Below are positions 50,893 to 56,630 of a DNA stretch of 56,630 nt, in pieces. The stretch spans positions 1,305,587 to 1,362,216 of the forward strand of contig MU054187.1 of the NCBI GenBank assembly GCA_013239625.1. Reading direction: 5' to 3'. Source of the DNA: Lama guanicoe. Its lineage: Eukaryota. Made by a program: the position numbers and the translations under genes. The notes beneath the pieces are model-generated. The model was not told where the DNA came from, ran no database searches, and was given only the letters and a program-made list of their open reading frames with translations. Each line of letters begins with the position of its first letter. The first letter of the stretch is position 1.

Positions 50893-51819
50893 AACAGATA
50901 CTTTTGAGTACACCTGTGTTCTCACATCCTGGGTTTGAGCTGTAAGCTTCACATATCCTTCGAGCACGACCCTGACAAGCTCAGCTGTCTGCCCGGAGTG
51001 CACACCTCCTCAGGACATGATCTGTCCGGGTCCATCAGCATTTACGAGGCTTAGTTATCTGACCCCAGCAGGCGTTAAAGATTGAACAGAGATGCTGTTT
51101 GCCAAATAACTGAGGCAGCCAGAGTTACATCAGTTAAAAGCAAGACAACTTTGATATCCTCCCAATGGTCCATTAGGAGCTGAATCTACACTGAGAGGTC
51201 TGGTCAGACAGGCAGCACTTTCTGGTCCTTTCTACCTGAGAAGCAGCTCATCACCTAGCGTCACCCAAGGCACACTTGTCTTCCAGGTAATTTCATTGCC
51301 ATAGAGTGAGTGATCGTAGAAATAACCTTAAAGCAATTCTGATATCCACTTCATTCTAGTTGCTAAATGAACATCTTTACCTTCTCTTACTTTGCATCTG
51401 TTTTTTGGTTTGGGAAAAAAAAATCTGCTGAAAAAAATACTACATGTTCATCATAAGTAATTAAAGCCGACAAAAAGAATACCAAAAAAAAAAAAAATCC
51501 AAATAGATAGTGCCTTAAGTCCCACTACCACAAAAATAAGCACAATTCATTCTAGATAAAATTTACTCTATACATACATCTGTGTTTATGGAGACATAAA
51601 AAGAAATATAATTAGTTGATGTAAATCACGTAGATTGAAATGCTTCTGTAAATATATTCCAGCAAAATTGCAATATAAATAGATAAATAAGTGGCTGTGT
51701 TTTGGAGGAATATATGAACAAGAATAGAAAATGTGAATTTTTGAAAGTTAACTCCATATTAGCAAAAAGTGAAATTATGTGTATATTTTAAGAGGATTGT
51801 GACCTCAAAATATTCTTTC

Positions 51820-52050
51820 TTTTTAATTTTTAAGGTAAACTAAGGCAAATTTTGGATACAACAAAAAATTAACCTTTTCAGAATACCGTTTTGTAAGTTC
51901 TGAATAATCAATATGATTGGGCACCACCACCAAGCTCAAAACCCAGAACAGTTCAGTCTCACCAGTAAGTCCAGCTTCCCCTCCTAGCCACCCCCTTCCG
52001 CTACCTCCAACCCTTGACAAACCATTGATCGCTTTTATCTCTGAAATGTA
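51820..52050 (-). mobile_element. L1MB-like 3'-end remnant
   Basis: caccaccaccaagctcaaaacccagaacagttc...acccttgacaaaccattgatcgcttttatctct. Confidence 0.6.
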
Positions 52051-54448
52051 TGGAGTGTGTCTTCTGAGGTTATCCTCTCTCTTTGGGGCTGACTTCTCTC
52101 CCGAAAGGCTTTCTGGAAACGCTCTCTTTCGAGAGAACACCCGTCCTGAACCCTCCCACTGTGTCCACAAATACTCTGTGACCAGCTCCACCCTCTGTCC
52201 ACTGGGGCCTCCTGTTTTCAGTCCTCAACCAGGTTTATCGTTTTCTAGGCACCAGTCAGATGCCACTCCCTTCATGAGCAAGTGTGGAGGGAAGGAAGGA
52301 AACGTCTTCTTGTAAAATGAGCTCCGTTTAGAGAAAACCCACAATGAAGACATTTGAATTCATGCGTTCACTGTTACACAGACACAGCTTTCAACTTAGC
52401 TGAGTGAACACCAAGACTGCATGGTAAGAGTAGGCTGAGTTTTCGAGCGACCGCCAGACCGTCTTCTGTGCGGTGGCACTATTTTGCGTCCCTGCGGGTG
52501 ACGAGCATGCGTTCCTTGCTCCCCCCTTCCCCAGCACCGGGAGCTGTCAGTGCCCCAAACCTGGTTATTCTCACAGCACACCTGTGTCCTCTGGGTAAGG
52601 GCAATGCTTGCTGCAGAGTATTCCTGCAGCACGCACTATGTGCCAATTAACACCAAGAAGGAAATGTTGGATAAGGATGAGGCATCCTTCCCATCACTTT
52701 GTCCAATATCACTCTTTCTGCAGGAATACTCCTTACACAAATTTTACCAAAGTTGCTTATGATGAGCTTTGATTTGTAGCTCCTTTGCATTCAAAACTTT
52801 GCATAAATACGAGCAATGAGAAATTTCTCCATCTCATTGAGAATAGGCATGGTATCAAAACATCACAAGTGCAACTCCATTCTAAACACAGAAACTACAA
52901 AGAAGGAATTCTCAGCAGCACTTTGTTGTAATATATCAAGCTCAATAAATGCCTTTTCTCAAGGGAAACAAGTATTTAATGAAACACCGGCACCTCAAGC
53001 CAGCGTGAACACTGAGACTGCTTTGACTGAAGGAAACCTTCAAATGTACTTCAAGCTCACGTCCTCTCACTCATCAGCCCCATCTCTCAGAAACAGGGAA
53101 AGTAACGACGCTGACAAGCTTTGCTGAGTGTTTCTTATTCACCAGAGTATCTGCAAGATCTAGAAGGCTTATGAGGAAATACTATATCCTAAAGGTCTCC
53201 ATAAGCAAGAAGTTTGTTCTGCGTTATTGGTTTTGCAGATGTTTGCTTGTTTCCATGGAGAGCAGCATTTAGATGACGTAGGTCTCGATGCAGCTTCTGG
53301 GCTGAGTGCGATGGCTTCAAAGCTTCTTGGGAAAACAGCCAGAGAAAGCAGTCATGGGGGGATCCCTGCAACCGGCAAGTGTGGGTTCAGGCAATTTTTC
53401 GGCCATCATCTTTCTCTAAAGAAAAGGACATTCGCTCCAGAGAACAGCTGAATGAATTAAGTCCTTCAGCTTTTAGTTTTAAAAGAGTACTTTTTATGCA
53501 TGCTTTGTTTTCATGGCTGTGTAGCAAAGTGAACACGCAGCTGTACTGTTCAGACAGCAGTATTTTCAGCAGATGGTATGTTCAAACCTAAATGTTTGGA
53601 ATTCCTAATGTTATTATGGCAACATTTCAGTGAAAGATTTTGAGAATGATCATTTGATTCTGTGGGTGTGATTTTTTATGTGTATGTGTAAAATTATTGC
53701 TTCTTTAGCTTAATTTCCGTAATTTAGGCTCAGTTCATGTCTTCTCTGGTGAAGATAGTTTAATCATTAATAGCTTCTAATTTTCTACCCACCTGAAATA
53801 GTAATAGGTAAAACCTCCAAATTCTAGACCTCACTTTTTCCACCTGACCTAGTCGAGCCTGTTTTGATTCCTAAATGTACGCATAATACAAAGCAGAGAC
53901 CCAGTTTTTACATGTTGATGACACGAAGAGTTGAGAATGTCTTTTTAGGTTATTTTTAGGGTTATTAACAGAAAACACTTATCATGGCTACACAAGAAGC
54001 TTAATTCTCTGCTTCTTTCCCAACAAGGAAGGTTTACATTTTTCCTAAAACTTGGGTCTATATGCTACTTCTTTTTATTGCTATGCTATACATTTCTAAT
54101 CATACACCTCATCATCCACGTTATACAGTCAATGACCCCAAAGATTTTTTTTCCTATTTTTGTGTAGGGTGCACACTCGTCTCCCCATCCCACTGATGAT
54201 GCCGTGAGCTTTCTGATCATTAACATGAAGAACGATTATCAATCGACAGTGTCTACAAGACATTTTTTTCAATTGTTCAGGAAATTCTCAACTGTTTTTA
54301 GTAATTGGGTCAGAAGAAAGATGCACATAGTCCTCCTAGGAAAGACACTGATAAACAAACAAGCAAACAGAAATACTGCTAGAAAGAGTTATGAAATGCA
54401 GAGACGAGTCCATTCGGAATGGACAGCTCCATGTAGGAGGGGTGGGAC

Positions 54449-54559
54449 GGAGGCAGCCCCGGGAGGAGGAGGGGAGGCAGCCCGGGGAGGAGGGGGGGAG
54501 GCAGAGCGGGAGGAGTGGGGGAGGCAGCACGGGGACAGGGGGAGGCAGCCCAGGGAGGC
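54449..54559 (+). repeat. G-rich minisatellite, ~5 copies of a 19-24 bp unit GGAGGCAGCCCGGGGAGGAGGGG
   Basis: GGAGGCAG recurs five times with G-run spacers. Confidence 0.85.
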
Positions 54560-55080
54560 TAGCTGGTATTATGAGAGATAATTGTAGTGTAAGATCTGGA
54601 AAAAGTTTTGATATAAACTTTCAGTATTATGTCTTTAACTCCAAACAGACATCAAATTTTGGAAGCAGTCAGTTCAGGTACCATGGACTTTCACCTTAGA
54701 TACGCATGTCTCACATGTGAGGGAGACTCCAGCATAAACACACCAGCCAAAGACAGACACAGGAGTGCACTGAACTTACTTGATGAGTTTTGCAATAAAT
54801 TTTACAGCTATCTCCGGTGGAATTACTTATTTTTATTTTGCTACAATCTGTACAGAGCATTTTAATAAATTTTTCATTGTCCCTGACGATTACATACAGC
54901 AGCCTAACCCCTAACTGGCCATCGCATAAATGACTATGCAGCCTCACCAGCGGCAAGGAATAAATGCATTGCTAAGAACCTAGGTGACGTTCTGAGAATT
55001 ATGTAAATTTATGTTAGTTAAGCAATTGTTAGCTTAATTTCACATATGTATATGCTTTTAAGGGTTCTGAAGGTCTTTTT

Positions 55081-55231
55081 AAAATAGTTTTTTTTAACGA
55101 ATTTCTATTCTTTAATTTGTGTTTATTTCTTTACTTATTTATTGGAGGTACTGGGGATTGGACCCCCATGTTTAGCTGAGCTCATGCACGCTAAGCACGC
55201 CTTCTTCCACTGAGCTCTGCCCCCGCCCCCA
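55081..55231 (-). mobile_element. Vic-1-type SINE with intact 11-bp TSD
   Basis: ggaggtactggggattggacc...gctaagcacgc...ccactgagct; TSD AAGGTCTTTTT at 55070-55080 and 55232-55242. Confidence 0.85.
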
Positions 55232-55244
55232 AAGGTCTTTTTCA

Positions 55245-55625
55245 AGCAACAGATTTTGGGGGGTATAATTCAAATACTATAAAATGCACTCTCATGAGAT
55301 GTTCAACACAGTGGTTTTTAGTATAATCACAGAGTGGTGTAACCATCACCACTGTCAAATTCCAAAATGTTTTCATCATCATGGAAAGGAACTCCAGACC
55401 CATTAACAGTCACTACCAGGGTATCCACTTCCCCAGTCTCTGACCACTGCCAGCCAGTTCTCAGCCTCTGGACCTGCCTGCTCTGAGCATTTCATACAAA
55501 CGGAATCGGACAACATGTGCTCTTTCCTTCTGACTGGCTTCTTTCAGTTAGAATAATGTTTCCAAGGTCCGTCCGTGTTGGGACATGCGTCAGAGCTTCA
55601 CGTCTTTCTATTGTCAAACACTATT
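55245..55625 (-). mobile_element. L1MB-like 3'-end remnant
   Basis: gtggtttttagtataatcacagagtggtgtaaccatcaccac...catttcatacaaacggaatc...gactggcttctttcagttagaataatgtttccaaggt. Confidence 0.85.
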
Positions 55626-56500
55626 ATTGGAATTCGTGGCTGACAGCCTTCTGCTTCCGTCTCGCTGCTTTCTGGCCTCTGAAGTGTCGGCTGTGGGTTG
55701 AGCTCTTCATCTTATTTCGAATTTCTGGTGCACGATGAGCCTCCCTCCTCTCCTGACTTTCGAGACCCAGCCTCACCTCTGACTTGGACTTCTGACCCTG
55801 ACGCGTCTGCATGTGAATCTCTTCTCGACTGCTCTTCTTAAATGTGAAGATCAATGCTCTTCATTGAAGTTTGTACCTAAACTGTGGACGTTTGGGGCCA
55901 GCGTGAGTCCTGTCTGTCCTCCCAGCTCCCCCGCCCCGCCCTCCTTCATGTGGTCCTGCACGTGTCTGAGTTTCTTCTCCTTTTTTCTGTAACTGTTTCC
56001 CTTTCTGTTGCTCAAATGGGAAAATCTCAGTTGTCCTCTTTTCAAGTTCACTGATTTTTTTCTTCTGCAAGTAAAAATCACCCCAGAGAAAGCTGCATCT
56101 GGTGATTCCACTTCCCACGCCTGAGATGTCTCTCTGGTCTTCGCCACCATTCTCCTCTCTGTGTTGATAAGCTCTGCTTAACGAAACACTAGCACCACAC
56201 TTGAAAAACACGTTCTTCAGTGTGTAAACCTCTGACCATCCGGGAGCGGCTGGCTAGGACCCCCGCGGCCTCACCCGGCAGCCGCGGGCTCGGCCCCTCC
56301 CGCCGCCCGTTTCCCGCCGCGGGTCCCGCCTGCTTTTCCCGTGACTCCGCCCGGCTTCGCGCTTCGCTGTTGCTGACAACGGTGCGTTCCAAACAGTCCG
56401 ACGTGGCAGCCGCGGGACTCAGACGCGCGTCCCCTCCCCGTGTTTGTGCGGCTGGTGGTCGTCACTGCTCGCGCTGCTCCCGGTGCCGGTCTCGGCGCCT
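55626..56500 (-). mobile_element. L1 ORF1 remnant continuing into the L1 5' region
   Basis: Minus-strand peptides KKISELEKRTTEIFPFEQQKGK, EKKLRHVQDHMK and AHRAPEIRNKMKSS resemble L1 ORF1p (RISELED...EEQKEK, SLRDLWDNIK, AHRVP). The extension beyond ~56240 rests on a recalled consensus. Confidence 0.75.
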
Positions 56501-56630
56501 CTCCGCCCAGGACGGGGCAGCGCGAGGAGCCTCGGCCTGTCCGCCTAGCGACCCGCCTGCATCCGCGGGCCGTTGGGCCGCGCCGCCCCGCCCCCGTGCA
56601 GCCCCGCCCCCGCTGCGCGCCTGCGCGCCG
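56240..56630. promoter_or_regulatory. CpG island (truncated by window end) with two GC boxes and an NRF1 motif
   Basis: GCCCCGCCCC at 56585-56594 and 56601-56610; GCGCCTGCGC at 56617-56626; very high CpG density. Confidence 0.7.

Larger units (their letters stand above)
47223..50910 (+). other. SNTG1: Probable SNTG1 3' UTR (short form to ~47560, long form to ~50870-50910)
   Basis: Follows the stop codon. AT-rich and poor in recognisable transposons from ~48100 to 50900; ends in clustered AATAAA signals with upstream TGTA motifs. The end is inferred. Confidence 0.6.

Noticed and set aside
54449..54559. Repeat-spacer-like array (CRISPR-like)
   Set aside because: Mammalian context; units are degenerate tandem copies without unique spacers, and there are no cas genes.

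Overview
Mammalian genomic DNA, almost certainly camelid (six Vic-1-type tRNA-derived SINEs plus camelid/artiodactyl-type L1 3' ends). The window holds the 3' half of gamma-1-syntrophin (SNTG1) on the + strand. Seven coding exons (3802-3840, 16779-16895, 18004-18075, 27101-27253, 31209-31301, 38490-38600, 47064-47222) encode the last 247 aa; all are GT-AG flanked and phase 0. A 3' UTR with proximal and distal poly(A) signals follows, then about 6 kb of flank. The rest is intronic DNA with old L1, L2, MIR, LTR and DNA-transposon remnants. The main unusual feature is a mosaic of sharp GC/CpG-rich patches in an AT-rich locus. These patches overwrite exons (GC3 about 90% versus 43-63% in neighbouring exons), a SINE target-site duplication and L1 remnants, always A/T->G/C, which suggests local GC-biased gene conversion building new CpG islands. 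One such island, at the window end, carries Sp/KLF and NRF1 motifs. Also notable are a UGA-CGG stop followed by a hairpin and a 96-codon open extension, and a 4x AGGTCA nuclear-receptor array. Repeat subfamily names and comparisons to human SNTG1 are from memory and were not searched.
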